From positions 2,356,001 through 2,420,000 of the forward strand of contig NW_027270918.1 of NCBI RefSeq assembly GCF_040938485.1: a DNA stretch of 64,000 nt, read 5' to 3'. The translations under genes and the position numbers were made by a program. Under the pieces are notes generated by a model. The model ran no database searches. It saw only the letters and a list, made by a program, of their open reading frames with translations, and was not told the DNA's origin. Position 1 is the stretch's first letter, and every line of letters begins with the position of its first letter. This document shows, piece after piece, positions 13,001 through 26,300 of the stretch. This stretch comes from Diadema antillarum. Its lineage: Eukaryota.

Positions 13001-15903
13001 AATCCGCATATAAATCAGAAACAGTTGTTCTGTTTCAATAATAGCGCAAAATGGTGTAATACATGTAGGTGCCAAGTATTCCTTAACTTCTATATCAGAT
13101 CACATAGCATTTTCTCAGCGTGAAAGGAATGGCATTTGGACTTTGATAAATTTAGCTTTGAAAGAATACTTTTAGAATTACCAAGTGGCAAGTAGAATAA
13201 AAGTGTGTAGGTGTAATTAAAAAATAGTGATGATAATGATGATACATGTATGTTTATTTGCAAAACTCTATTACACAAATTTTTTCCAAAGCATTATATA
13301 TCGATAAATAGCAGGAAAATCGATTAAATTATAAGTATGTTGTAAGGTCAGGAGTCTTTCATAAGTTACAATTTGCGGTTGCAGTACTGATGCAATAGGC
13401 TGTGTTGTACTTGGTACTTAGTAGTCTACTTCATCTGCATTACTTTCTTCACACAGGCCAAGTTTCTGGACTTCAAAATCCAAAATATGGTGGGCAGCTG
13501 TGACGTGAAGTTCCCAATCCGTTTGGAGGGTCTTGTGCTTACCCACGTACAGTTCTCCAGGTAATTCATGCTCTTTGCACACTCTCCGCTTTTTACAGTA
13601 CTTCTGCGTTATTTATGGGTTTTTTTAGCATGCGCACCTAGAGTTTCTCTATTTTACTCTTGTATACATTTTGACTCATGCACACTTTCTCATGGTAGCT
13701 TACACTCCGCACTTGATACTGAATTACTGCGGTATTAGTAAAGGTAGTTCTCTGGGTAGTTCGTGCTCAGCGTATAGATGTCCATTGAACATAGTATCCC
13801 TTATCTAGAACTTAATGTATAAAAATATACTTTTTGTTTGTTTTGTTTTTATGTTTGTTTTTTTATTTTTATTTTCTTTTTTTTTTTTGGGGGGGGGGGG
13901 TTATTGTATGTGTGTGTGGATGAGTGCATCAGGATCATCATCGTCATCCAGTTTTGCTCCGGGTTTGTCCCCGATAACAGGGGTGACCATATTCAGCTTA
14001 CTCTAACACTGACGGAAACCATAGTCACACCTTTTTGTCAACCTCCTTCCTCAAGCGAACCTTCCCAAGCTCCCCCTCCTCCACCTGTGTCTCTTCCATG
14101 TCTTCTTTCATTTGGTTGTCCTCTCTTCTGAAGTTCATTCACTTTAAACATTTTTTGGGTGTATTTTAGCTGTCCAGGTTGCTTCAGAGAGCCCAATTTT
14201 CACTTGCTTGTAGCCGGACAGATACATTGTTGGCAGGGGGAGGGGAATGATGCCTTTCAAATTTGTGGAGTCATGTACCTCCAACTCCCTTCCCGTCAAT
14301 CCTTTGTTTAAAGACTAGTTTGTGGCTCTATGGAGGGTCAAACAACAAAAATTAGATGCATGTATGCACCGAACAAGGCATCAAAATATGCCACTAGTAT
14401 TTGATTTGTATCGTACAAAGAACATTTCACTTTAAAATATTTTACACTTGCATCTCTGACATTGCTTTTGTCTGTAGTTATGAACCAGAGCTATTTCCTG
14501 GCCTGATCTACCGGATGGTGAAGCCACGCATCGTTCTCCTCATTTTTGTCTCAGGGAAAGTTGTCTTGACAGGTAAGCTATCAGACATTCGCAACACATT
14601 TACAAGGATGGCAGATCTTTTCTATGACCAAAAGAAAACAGTAATTTGTATTGCACTTCAAACTCTCCATCAGTAGAACTCTAGCTCAGTTTCAGAAGTG
14701 AGTAGAATAGAAATGGTGTCATTGAATTAGAAGGTTTTTTTTACCCATATTCAGTATGGTTAGTAATATTAGGACAGTAATATAGTGTATTGATGTGTAT
14801 GAGAATAGTGCTATGGCACTTGCTCAAAATATAGACTTTACCATTTTAGGATAAGTTGAAGTTGCTGAAACAATGATTAGCCATAACAGATCCTCTGTTA
14901 TTTGTAAGTGTATATCAGGATTATGGATAAAAAGTGTGAATGAGTAACTGCATTTATGTTTGGTTCAAACCCGCCTACTCTTTGTATTAACCCTAAAAGG
15001 GCCAGGCATTTTTGGCTATGCTAAGACCGGAGGGGGGGGGGGGGGGGGGGGGGCGCATTCCAACCCCCCCCCCCCCCAAGATCTTGGCCATCAATGGTGC
15101 GATCGTGATGAAATTTTGCATGTGTGAGACCCACGTCATAATCTACAAGATTTTTTGAAACAATCAATTTCTTATTTTGATTAATAGATTATGCAAATTA
15201 AGCTCAAGATCATATTTTAGCCTAATTAAAAGCATTGAGAGTCTAATTTTGGTTTGTAAATCTGTTTTAGCATATTCAACCAATTGTACATCACAAAAAC
15301 TTCCAAAACTCATTTCAATTCTTATGTATTTTATTGTTTCCAGAATTTCTTATGTATTTCCTCGTTTTTCAACTTTTGTTTTTTTCTTTGTTTTTTATTG
15401 GAAATTGTCACTGACCACTTTTCTACCATAATTAGCATAATATTAATCAATGAAAGTGATTAATTGTAAAAATAATCAGGTTTTTATGACTTTCATGACA
15501 GAGCACTGTTTTCCATAGGAAATGTACACAAAATCACAAAATTGTGCCCATTTTGGGGCGACATTCCATTACAAAAATGGGCGTGGCTTCACAAAAGTAT
15601 GCGCGGGCGTTGCAAATTTGGTCTCAAAAGTTGCATGAGACTTGAGAACGAAGAAAGTCAAGAAGCCTCGTGACGAGGCCTTCTCGCGTTACAGAATTAT
15701 AGTGCAAAACGTAGAGGGGGGCGGATTCTGCCCCCCCCCCCCCTCGGCCCTTTTAGGGTTAAGGTATTTCACAAAGGTTTTATCAATGTTTGTCCATTAC
15801 TGAAAATGACATTTTTTCCTCTGCAGGTGCAAAGGTAAGACAGGAGATCTACGATGCTTTCAACAACATCTACCCAATTTTGAAGTCTTTCAAGAAGACA
15901 TAG
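10020..15903 (+). CDS. TBP: TATA-box-binding protein, 7 coding exons, about 276 aa
   Basis: Exons: 10020-10070 [17 protein letters not shown]; 10784-11043 GLHQGHG...PMAPMTP...GIIPQLQ; 11666-11753 [29 protein letters not shown]; 12105-12260 [32 protein letters not shown]...KLGFP; 13457-13560 [30 protein letters not shown]; 14478-14572 [31 protein letters not shown]; 15827-15903 [25 protein letters not shown]-stop. Total 831 nt, in frame. The first exon is slightly less certain. Confidence 0.97.
14991..15758. mobile_element. piggyBac-type non-autonomous element (MITE) in the last TBP intron
   Basis: TTAA on both flanks (14987-14990, 15759-15762); 13-bp perfect TIR CCCTAAAAGGGCC; long subterminal G and C tracts. 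Confidence 0.85.
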
Positions 15904-16497
15904 TAGTCGTGCTAAATGCATGAATCAGACATTTTTGGCTCAGGCCGGCTGTGTGAAGTCAGGAAGGTGGAACAGCAACCAAACGAAAGACTGTAGACAT
16001 GTTTACTTTGGAACATAGAATGGAAACTTGGTGCTGCTGACAGTGTATCTCACCAGCGGACGATACTAAGTTTTTGCACATGGAGTCCATTGCTGTTTTC
16101 TGTGGCCAACCCATCTCACCATGATGATGCTGGTAAAGGTGCCCGGAGAAAGCTGTTGGATGAAGGAGAGTTCTTGCACAACTGTGATTGAGATGGCTCA
16201 GATATTGTATGGGTGAATGCCATAACGTCAAAGAGGAATGTACCATAATAGTTATCAGTGTGTAGATTCAGTGAATGCAGAAATATTAGTAGAATATATC
16301 AATGAAAATAGAAGGAGATTGGACAAGCCTCCAAAGTTTACCTTGACTTGGTAATTTATATACTGTCATTTGCTGGATAAGAAGGCTATAACAATTTGTC
16401 ATGTGTATGTAGTTTCACTTATCAGTTAAAAGTACAATTCCCCTGGTTTGCTGCAGATAATATTATTCCCCCTTCTTTTAAATGAGGTAAAGTCAGG

Positions 16498-16709
16498 TAC
16501 TGTAAAAGTGGAAATTTTTGCAGTGTTCACATTTTCACACATTTTGTGCAACCAGAAACTAGTGCGAAAATAAAAGCATGTAAATATTTTTTCTTGCCAT
16601 ATGTTCCTGTACTTGGTGTCTATATTCGCGGAATTAAAAACATGCGAAACTCTTCTTACCCGGCCAAGCACAAAGAATTGGTTGCGCGAAAATATCCACT
16701 TTTACAGTA
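16498..16709. mobile_element. TA-flanked MITE (TACTGTA...TACAGTA), probably Tc1/mariner superfamily
   Basis: Inverted ends TACTGTAAAAGTGGA / TCCACTTTTACAGTA. Confidence 0.75.
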
Positions 16710-16970
16710 CTCTACATTCACATTTCTCCACCTTTTTTAACCAGAGGTCCACTTTGGCTTCTATAATTGGAATATGTCATATTCTCTTTTTGCTACAGTG
16801 TACTGTGACTTCCCAAATCATGTAGCCTTCTTATGCCACAATGGATTTGACCAAAATTTGAAACATTCATTAGTTTTGAATGTATTGTCTGATTTTTTTT
16901 CAAACTTAACTGATATGTTCTACTGATACTCTTACATTGCATTTCTATGTGGATTCATTGAATCCACATG

Positions 16971-17172
16971 CTCTGAAAGTGGAAATTTGTAAAAGTGGAA
17001 ATTCTCATGCATTTCGTGTGACCAGAAACAAGTGCAAAAAAAAGAAAGTATCCATACTTTTGGTGTTGTATGTACCACCATGTATGGAATCTTGATTCTG
17101 TGGAATCTTGCACTCAAAATTCATCTTAACTCAGCAGAGAAAAAAAATGCAAAAACATCCACTTTTACAGTA
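16971..17172. mobile_element. Degenerate copy of the TA-flanked MITE
   Basis: Right end TCCACTTTTACAGTA is intact; left end is duplicated and eroded (AAAGTGGAAATT occurs twice). Confidence 0.6.
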
Positions 17173-17891
17173 GATGTCTAGGGGTAATGTGTCCCTTTAA
17201 CAGATATCAGCAGATGACTGTACTGTGAATTATTTAGCTGTCCTGACGTGGACATGTTGCATTCAGGGTTATCTTTTTTTTTATGTAGCAGTTATTCTGA
17301 GTTTCATGTTAGTCAATATTTTGATAGAAAGGTCCATCAGATTTATTGTCTTGATTATGCCCCCCAAAAAAGTTGAAACATGTACAAATCTACGATATCT
17401 TCCGATATTGAAAACAAAAAAGATAGCTGTGTTCAAGATTTGTTTTATGTGTTTGACTTCTTAAAAGAATTAAAAATCCAAGATTTTAGATGATTGATGT
17501 GAATAAATAAGGTGGTAATAAATCTATATGAAACCACCACCAAATCTTGATGCTAATGACAAGCCAACATCGTTAAAAGAAAGCGATTACATTTGTTTGT
17601 ATGAATACCTTGTGTAAAAGAAAAAAGAAATCAGATTTTATTTCTGTCTTTTATCATCTGTCAAAGAGGGAATTTAAGCTGAAAAAAAAAACTACCCAAT
17701 GACTGAGGTGAAATTGATAGAGTAAAATGATGCAATCTAAGCAGTAGAAGTTTTCATTCTTGCAGTATATTTGTATTCTGTAAAATTTTGTAGCATCTTT
17801 CAGCTGCGTGAAATGGAAGGGATTTCCATCTCATGTATTTATAGTATATGATGTATGATTATGAGTCTTCTCTTGTGAATATGATTCTAAG

Positions 17892-18096
17892 TACTGTAAA
17901 AGTGGTTTCTTTTGCGGTGGTTTTATTTTTGCGCTTTGAGGTTGAACTGCGAATTTAACATCACACGAAAACGTTTTGAACTCGTCGCTGTTACAACGCT
18001 ATCATTACCGACCGTGAATTTAAACACATGCGAAAAAGTCGGCACCGATGGAAACCGCGAAAGTTTCTGTATGCGAAAGAAACTACTTTTACAGTA
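17892..18096. mobile_element. TA-flanked MITE
   Basis: TACTGTAAAAGTGGTTTCTTTTGC / GCGAAAGAAACTACTTTTACAGTA. Confidence 0.75.
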
Positions 18097-19017
18097 GTCT
18101 TCTGGCAGCTGTGATGAGATCTTGTATGTTGTTAGCCATGTGTATGTACATTGTAAGCTGCCACTCATATTCAAAGGGATCTTTTCACTCATTGAAATGA
18201 GGTGTCCGAAGGCAAACTCCCTTTGAGGAGCAGAGATGTAGTATCTGTGTTAGAATTGCAATGAGAATGGATCCACAGGTGGTGATCCATGAGCAAGATA
18301 AACTACAAATTGTGTAGAAAGATGTACTGATGTTAACAATGGGTGTGACGTCTAGCAATCGAAGCAGTTTCAGATATGTGTCTTTTTCTGCAAAGATTTG
18401 TTTTAGCATCACACACAAATATTTTCAGCATAATCAGACAGTTTATCTGAGTAACATATGACAACTTTTGTTTGTCTCGCTCTGTAGGCCATGAGCAACA
18501 CCAATGCAATACTCGGATAGAAGAGTTTCCTAAGTGCTCTCAAAACAGTTACACCATACATCAAAAGCATATGAGTTTAATGTCCTACCCCGTATCGCAT
18601 TCAGTAATGTATGTATATGAAACACTGTGTTTTTTATTAGTTAACTGGGCATCCATCAAACATACCAAGAATGGTAATGTGGCACATGCAGCATTACTGT
18701 AAGATTAAACAGATTAGATATGAAATGTGTCGCAAGAAATAAGAATTATTGTTTCATTTTTGTTACAGTACCAGTGGGATGCCATCTTCGTGCAGATTGC
18801 AGTTAGAACCTATATTTTTTAACCAAAAAGGTGACAAAATACAGATATATTATTTTTCATCATGATTGACTGAAAAAAAAAAGAATGACAGCATTAGCAT
18901 ATTTCACCTTGAAATAAAAGTATATGTTTAAAAACACCGAAATCTTTGCTGTTCAGCTATGCATGTTGTAGTATCATTCCATGTGTAGTATTACGATGTC
19001 CAATGACCTTAGAAAGG

Positions 19018-19535
19018 TACTGTATACGCTATAATTTTCGCGTACATAAATTTTCGCGAATTGCCGCTGTCACACATTTTCGCGAGTGGTTAAATTCGCG
19101 ATTGGGGGACCAGAGAAAATATGAAGTGGCAAAGAAAGTGTGAATTTTCAACTTACTAGCAAATAAGAATGATACTAGTTATACACTGCATGAAAAAAAC
19201 TTACCAAACTCTGCAAACTAGTAAGTTAGAATTCAACATTTTTGAAGTGGTTAAGTCCATCGCGCTAGATTTCTGACGAGTGGTCCCCTTGCGATAATGG
19301 ATTGGCTCTCTACAGTATTCGTAAGTAGACGTAGACGAGCGTAAACAAGCTTAGCCAGTATGGTCTGTTCGGTAAGCCGTGACATGGTATACTAGTACTG
19401 AAATGTTCGTATCATCAAAGCAAGGGATTCATTTTGTAAGGTAATATTTTCGTGTGTTGTTAATTTCGCGAATAGCTCCCAACTCGCGAAATTCGCGAAA
19501 ATAAAACCCCCGCAAAATATATAGCGTATACAGTA
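19018..19535. mobile_element. TA-flanked MITE
   Basis: TIR TACTGTATACGCTATA / TATAGCGTATACAGTA with subterminal TTCGCGAA repeats. Confidence 0.8.
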
Positions 19536-19806
19536 GTATGCTTGTCTTAAAACTTGTGTTGCAACTGTAGTTTTTCTTCCCATCTGTAGAGTAAAGAAAA
19601 AGTATATAGATATACAATACAGTATGTATCGATGTGTAAAGAAGTGGTTTATGTATACAAAAATTCAACAGAACATATCCTAGCCATTCATTCAGCTGTA
19701 ACAAGCTGCAACTACTGTTTTTGAATGCAGTGCTGGATGAAATATTCTTCTTTTTTTTCCTGGGAGAATAATCAAGTCATATCTTATTGAGACTGTCAAT
19801 GATCAT

Positions 19807-20149
19807 ATGATGCATAACGCATTACCCCGGGGTACCGTAGTACCCCGGAGTACCACGTTGTATAGCGCCATCTCATGTCCACTCAAGGACAACCGCAAAG
19901 AAATGCATGCACTGTGTGTGTACATAATTATTCCCATGCCACTGCATGTTATACTATGCATGCATGGCATGCTGTGCTAGCAATAGCGTGTGCTTCAGTG
20001 CAGTGCAGTGCAGTGGCTAGCATGCGCTAGCTCCAGCACCAACATAATTTCCACTTTTTGGCAACCCAGGGTATAACCTTTTTAAAAAAATAAATAGTTC
20101 AACAAAATGGCTGATTTTCATTTGGTACCCCGGGATACCATTTATGTCT
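19807..20149. repeat. Dispersed repeat of about 340 bp bounded by TACCCCGGGGTA-like palindromes, copy 1
   Basis: Reverse-complement homology to 31474-31802 across its length, including CAGTG/CACTG pentamer runs. Confidence 0.8.
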
Positions 20150-20473
20150 TCATATTTGTAAGGCTGCATTGTCAGAAAGGGTTGAATACTATTTCTTATG
20201 ATCATCTTTTCTTTTGTAGTCCTTACCTTTGTAATTTCCAGTTGAATTGGTTTCAAACATTTGTAATTGTGCAGTAGTTATTTTGAATAAGGATGCCAGG
20301 ATCACACATGGATGTACTGTATACACCATGTATTTCACGAGACTTGACTTTTTGCAAACTGAGACTTCCTGATAATGTTATTGTGCAGATGGTTAAAATT
20401 GCGATCATGGAGCGCAGCAATGAAAGGAGACATGCACACATGCAAGTTGAATTCATGTGAAGGTCTGAGTTAA

Positions 20474-20848
20474 AGGGATCGTACAGTTTTGGTTGAGACC
20501 TAATTTCAGGTTTCTAACATTTTTCGGTGAGATAATGAGAAACCTCTTATGAAAGAGCATGTAATTCCATGAGGAATTCAATGTTTATTTGATGAAAATT
20601 GGTTTTGAAATGGCTGAGATATCCAAAACAGAGTGATTCTAATAAAATGTGGGACCCACATTTTATTACGACTGCTTTGTTTTACTTTGTTTTTGGATGT
20701 TTCAGTCATTCCAAACCCGATTTTCATCAAATAAACTTTAAATTCCTCTTAAAATGGCATGCTCTGTACTGTTTCATAGATGTTTTCTTGGTATCTCGCA
20801 AAAAGTTAAAAGCCCAATTCTCATCTTCACCAATACTGTACCATCCCT
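20474..20848. mobile_element. T2/Kolobok-type MITE, family A
   Basis: TTAA flanks; termini AGGGATCGTACAG...CTGTACCATCCCT; homologous to the copies at 30184, 30864 and 33390. Confidence 0.8.
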
Positions 20849-22134
20849 TTAATCATTTTGCTTGTTTTTAAATTCCTGAATAGTGCCCGACTAGCAAAAT
20901 TTACAAAAATAAATATGCTCGAGAAATATACAACGTATAAGATACTGTACCATATTTCACCCTTGCTCGCAGAGAAAAGCAAATATATCAATGGGTACAG
21001 AGTGATAACAAAACATTGCATCCACTTGTTGACAACAGAATTATCATTGAGGCAAGTGGGAATGTACTCTGAGCGTGTTAAAGTGACAATACCTCTCTGT
21101 GTTCAAATGTTTTTAATGGGATATAGTAAATTCAAACAAGTAGAACTTCTGAAGTTTCCTTGAGGTAAGATCAAAAGATTATAAAAATCTTACATCTATC
21201 GCATGTTTTGTATGAAAGAGTGTCATCAGTCATAGCCAAATATGATAATTAGACTAGATAATGATGATGTCATAACTTCACACAGTTTTGTTAAGCTTCT
21301 TAATCAAAAGTTGATGTCAAAGTATTTACATATGGGTTGATAGAGCAGCAAATGCAATCCTTCCCCATCAAGCACTATTTCTAAGGCATAACAACTCTAT
21401 TATGATTCGATGCAGTGAACATAATTTTCAGTTGGTGAGTTTTTTTTTTGAATAAAATTTAGTGAAGATTTGTGTACAAGGTCATTGGGTGACTTGTTTG
21501 CAAAATCATCATCTCATTCAATTTTGCATTAATGACTGTGTACTGTTTCCTGGAAACATGAAGCTTCCATAATTCTGTATCTGATTTTAATTGAACAACT
21601 TCTACCGTTCTGTTTATTTCATTTTACTTCGTTCGTTGTAGTCAATATGAACATGGAATGGTTTTTAAGTTCTTTCATGACTAGACCTGTTTAAAGTACT
21701 GTATACATGTAATTTGTACAAACTGTAGAATATGTTTATATCTTGTGCGATATTTGTGTCATTTTTCTGTACAAAGGCATGTTAATAAATACATGGCAGT
21801 TGCCAACATCTGAACATGAAAAATGATTTATTTTTGTTCAGTCTTTACTATGATTATATATATTTAGGTGGAACATGGACATGAGAAATAGATACATGAT
21901 CGTGAGACAAAATCAGACATACACTGTACTTTACACAGACATATGCATCTTATGTAAACTTTTTTTTTTTTAGTCTGCTGTTTTGATGTTGTTTTGGGGG
22001 TCCTGATACCTTGGATGATCTTTTGAGAAAAAAAAAGAGAGAAATATAACAAATAATGTAAACATACCAACCAAAAACCTGAGTCGTTATAATCTTTTCA
22101 ATTGCTAGGATTGAAATGCAAGTTCTAGTTGATT

Positions 22135-22268
22135 CATACTTGCCAACATTTTCATTTGAGAAAGCGGTAGAATCCAGGACGCCTATGCGAGTAGCGCTAG
22201 CTTGAATGCTAATGAAATCTTTCAAAAGCGGTAGTCTACCGCCAAATGCGGTAGAGTTGGCAAGTATG
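22135..22268. mobile_element. 134-bp MITE with target-site duplication upstream of ATG14
   Basis: 13-bp perfect TIR CATACTTGCCAAC; direct flank repeat GTTGATT on both sides (8 bp if the terminal C is counted), consistent with hAT. Confidence 0.85.
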
Positions 22269-22831
22269 GTTGATTCATTAACAATCAAGTGGAGGAAGAG
22301 AGAAGGAGAGAGCATTGTAGGCACCTAAATACTGAAACCGGCATTTATTTACTGCCTCTGAAAATTTGATCTGAACTAAATCCTTTTCATTGTAATTTTA
22401 TTTTAGAGATCTATTTCATTCTTTTCTTTGTTTTTGTTTTTTGTGAACCATATGAGTCGTACTGCAAATGCTGGACTTTGGAGAGGATACGTTTTGTAAT
22501 GAAATCCCAGCTGACATTTACAAACAACTATGACGTCATACACCGAGTTCGGGTTATTTTGTCACCCTGTTGTCGACTGCATGAAATGCCACTGCTGCTA
22601 CGTTTTTGTGGTTACAAAGATACTATTGCCGGTTTGACTACTCCATATTATGCGAACATGATTTGATACCAGAATGAATAGTTTGTTAAATACAAATCTT
22701 CCCAAATCATCTAAATAATACATTTCACATTTTGAAATAACATAATAAATGGATTAATTAAGTTTAATAGTGAAAAAATGTTTGTATATCCACATCTTAA
22801 TCGGTTCATAGAGACAGGGTGGATATCCAAG

Positions 22832-23332
22832 ATGGCAGCTTACAGGGACAGTGAAGAAATTTCTGCAGACGACGACGTAGGACGCTTTGTACCTCCTCTG
22901 GCCGGGATGTGCATAGCTTTTGAGAAATGTCCATTGTGTTTTACGACAAGGAGACCGTTTACATGTGCATCTTGCGTAGAAAAGGGCGATTTCTGTCACT
23001 CTTCGAGCAAATCTGCAGAGGCTGAAAGGTAAACAAAAGATCGAATACATTCGCATTGCAGTTAATGACAATGGTTCATAGCAGGCAGCGCGCGCCGCTG
23101 CTCGCAGCTGCAGCTCCACGGCACGGGCCACAGTCGCTGTGTCACGCAGTGTCCAAAACATTGCAATGCACTTACTGTAGCTGAGAGTTCTTTCAATTCA
23201 ATGCAGTTGCGTTGCTGTTTCCGGAGTTGAAGGCAAGCCCAAGGTACGGATTGGCAGGTCTTCAAATAAATGAAGCTCTGGCTCCGAACAGTTTCGCTGA
23301 TTGCCATCATGTGGTGCAACACGACATTATGC

Positions 23333-23363
<31 letters not shown>

Positions 23364-26300
23364 AAGAGGGTCGGTAGGTCGGGTTTTTGTTTGTTTGTTG
23401 TTGTTTTTTTTATACCGGGTTAACCCCGTCGCGGGGCGCTGTAACACAGTAACAGCGCCCCGAAGCATCCCATGCGATTTTTAGGAAGTACTGCGACGCG
23501 TACAATTCTGTCACAAACTCACCGTTCAAAACGACACATGGATTCGCAACAAAAAGCCACATGTTGTAATACCATAATGTTGAATATTTTAGCCGACTAT
23601 GTATTACTCACCATTACCTCCGAAAACAAGAGAAATCGCCATCATCTTTGCTGGAACCCCACTCGACACTATCGACACTGCCGCTCGCCATTTTGAAAAT
23701 ATCACGTAAGTAAATTGATCTGGGCATGCGCAAATGAATATTCATGTTTACGTCATCTGCCATATATGTACATATGTACAATGTTGCTCGTAGTTCTCGG
23801 ACCATTCATAGCTATCAGTATCATCATCATGGAGTTCAAAGATGCTATCAAGGAATTAGAGGAGGAGGCTGGAATTAAGTTTAAAGAGGAGCAGGTAGAA
23901 ATAATGGAAAGCACAGTGAAACAGAAGGACACCTTAATGATATTGCCAACTGGGTTTGGCAAGAGCGTTTGTTTTGGTTTCCATCACCAAATCTTGGATA
24001 AAGTGAGTATGCAATGGCATCAATAAGTACAGTGAAAGTAGCAAACTGAAGCCATACAGGGTACTAGTTATGATTAGATATTTCAAATCATGATAATGAT
24101 AATCATTATATCACTATCATAATCTTATATAATTTATCAAGCAAGGCAGGTTCTGATGACATATTAATAATATTAAAATATCGATCAATTAAAGCAAGCA
24201 TGGTTATGAGATAAGGAAAAATGATTATTGATTGAACACGAATAGAAAGGCTTGCATTATTGTCACCTTCCCTCCCCAGGTATATAGTATCACGATCATG
24301 AGAATGAGTACTAGGGACATGACATAATAATTTAGTGCTTATTTTATTCCTAATGCGAATGAGAAGGAAGAGAATAAGTGTATGAATATGCTTGTACATT
24401 ACCATCACCAATACATAAAAGGTGTATCACACACTCGTATGTATAAATAACAATATCAATATGAAGCTATAATTGAGTGTATAGTGTTATTAGATATAGT
24501 GTCGATAATAGTGCAAAAAAAAAGACACTAAATGTTTTGAAAATGACATAGGGAGCAGTGGAATACAATCCCCATGACCATATGGATGGATCTGAAAGGG
24601 TTACTTTCTAGTTTTTCATTAACCAATCCATCATACCTTTAAGATGAAAGCCAGTCTAAAACTTTATCTATATTTCATGAGAATGAAAAAAAAAATCCAG
24701 GAGAACACTGCAAAAATGATAAAATCAGATTTAAAAAAAAAGGAAATAATGACATTCTGATATAAAAATTTCGGAAGACACTTCTTGTCCCATTGCTATG
24801 AATGAATGAATGAATGAATGAAGAAAATGAAGGACTACTCAGAGTCAACTTTATTGATCTGTATATCACAGTACATAGAAATTTAGCTTCCAGTTCATCC
24901 AACTTGTTACACACAAATAATCATTAAACACACATGCGTGCAGACACACACACACAATCAAACAGCAAGTGACATGCCCGAAAGAAAAAGACAGGAAAGG
25001 ATTCCCATACGGTGGAATTCTTTGAAAAAAGAAAGGTCTCTTTAATAAATAATCAAACAATCCTGAAACATTGAAAATAGACAAGACATGTATGTAACAG
25101 AAGTGTATTCAAATCAAATCACAGCAGATAATAAACATGAAGCAAAAATGAATATGAGTCCCCAAGAAGCAGAGCTTGTGAGTGGAGCCCATTGTGAATG
25201 TACAACATTTTACAGTGTGAAAGGAAACTTGATTTATAGATGAGACATCTGGGACATTGCCCCTGCAGACTGTTAAAAAACAAACAAATAAAGAAACAAA
25301 CAAAGAAACAAACATACCCTCTATCATGAAAATCACCTGTTATTTTCTTAATCCGTCATATCTCCAGATGTTCATTATGTGTGCACTTCCTTTATTGCAA
25401 ATAAATAATGAACCACACATTCAAAATGTGCTTTAAAAACGAAATTAATAAGTGCCGGTAGGCCCGATAGTAAATCAGCGCCCAGCATGCGTTCTTTTTT
25501 GTTACATCTCATGAATATTCATTTCAGATCTCAGCGAGCCGTCCGGGTTATTTTCCACACGCATACATTGCGTATTATAGTATGTGCTACGTTTTATCCA
25601 TATTCGCGCATGCGCTGTGTAAGTCGTACCACAATACGAAATGCGGTAGGACTTTAAAACCCTCGGATAAACTCTTTCACAGGGCTCTCAAAACAGATCA
25701 TATTGTAAATCGACTTCGCCTGCTGTGATTGTAAGTATCTTATCTAAGAGTAAGGCTACTAATTTCAGTATAAAACCCTGTATTTTGGTCTCTGGTCACG
25801 TAAATGCTAAGCCATATCAGGTGCTTCCGTGACAGGATAGGCCTTGCTGTGCGACCCCTTTACGGTACGTATTTGTCCGTATGGGGTCGCTGCTGCGGTT
25901 AATACCGGGTCTGCATTTTTTCTTTGGGGCAGTGTCCACTGTTTGGCGGACTACATTGTTAGCACCTCCACAGTGCATTTGCGGCATGATTCGTTTCTGG
26001 CAATTCTTCAAGTTCAAGTTCAACTTTGAACAAAATATGGCGCAAATTTAATAGTTAATACACTCAACACTCAAGCGATTTGTTCAAACTAACAATAACA
26101 TCTTGCCAGGGCCCAGTGCCAGTGGGCGAGGCAGAAACACTAACTGACAAATGGTCTTCTTTGATGAATTTAGCAAACAGCTCAAAAAAAGTACCTTCCA
26201 GTGAGATGCTGGCAACCGAACTCTACACAGTTTTGCTGCCATGACAGCTGGTTACGGATACTGCAAAAGTAGCCATCTTGGCAGTCGCGCTGCGCTGCCG

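Noticed and set aside
15832-15840. Strong donor-like AAG|GTAAGA inside the last TBP exon
   Set aside because: It lies 8 nt from the acceptor, too close to define an exon, and encodes the conserved AKVR.
22531-22538. CRE palindrome TGACGTCA upstream of ATG14 (also at 31427 and inside the 42177 MITE)
   Set aside because: A few occurrences of an 8-mer in 64 kb are not distinguishable from chance without conservation data.
25817-26300. CpG-rich patch with short ORFs and AAGATGGC/GCCATATT motifs as a possible nested gene or transposase start
   Set aside because: All frames are short or interrupted and I recognise no motif. It is kept only as part of the composite-element hypothesis.
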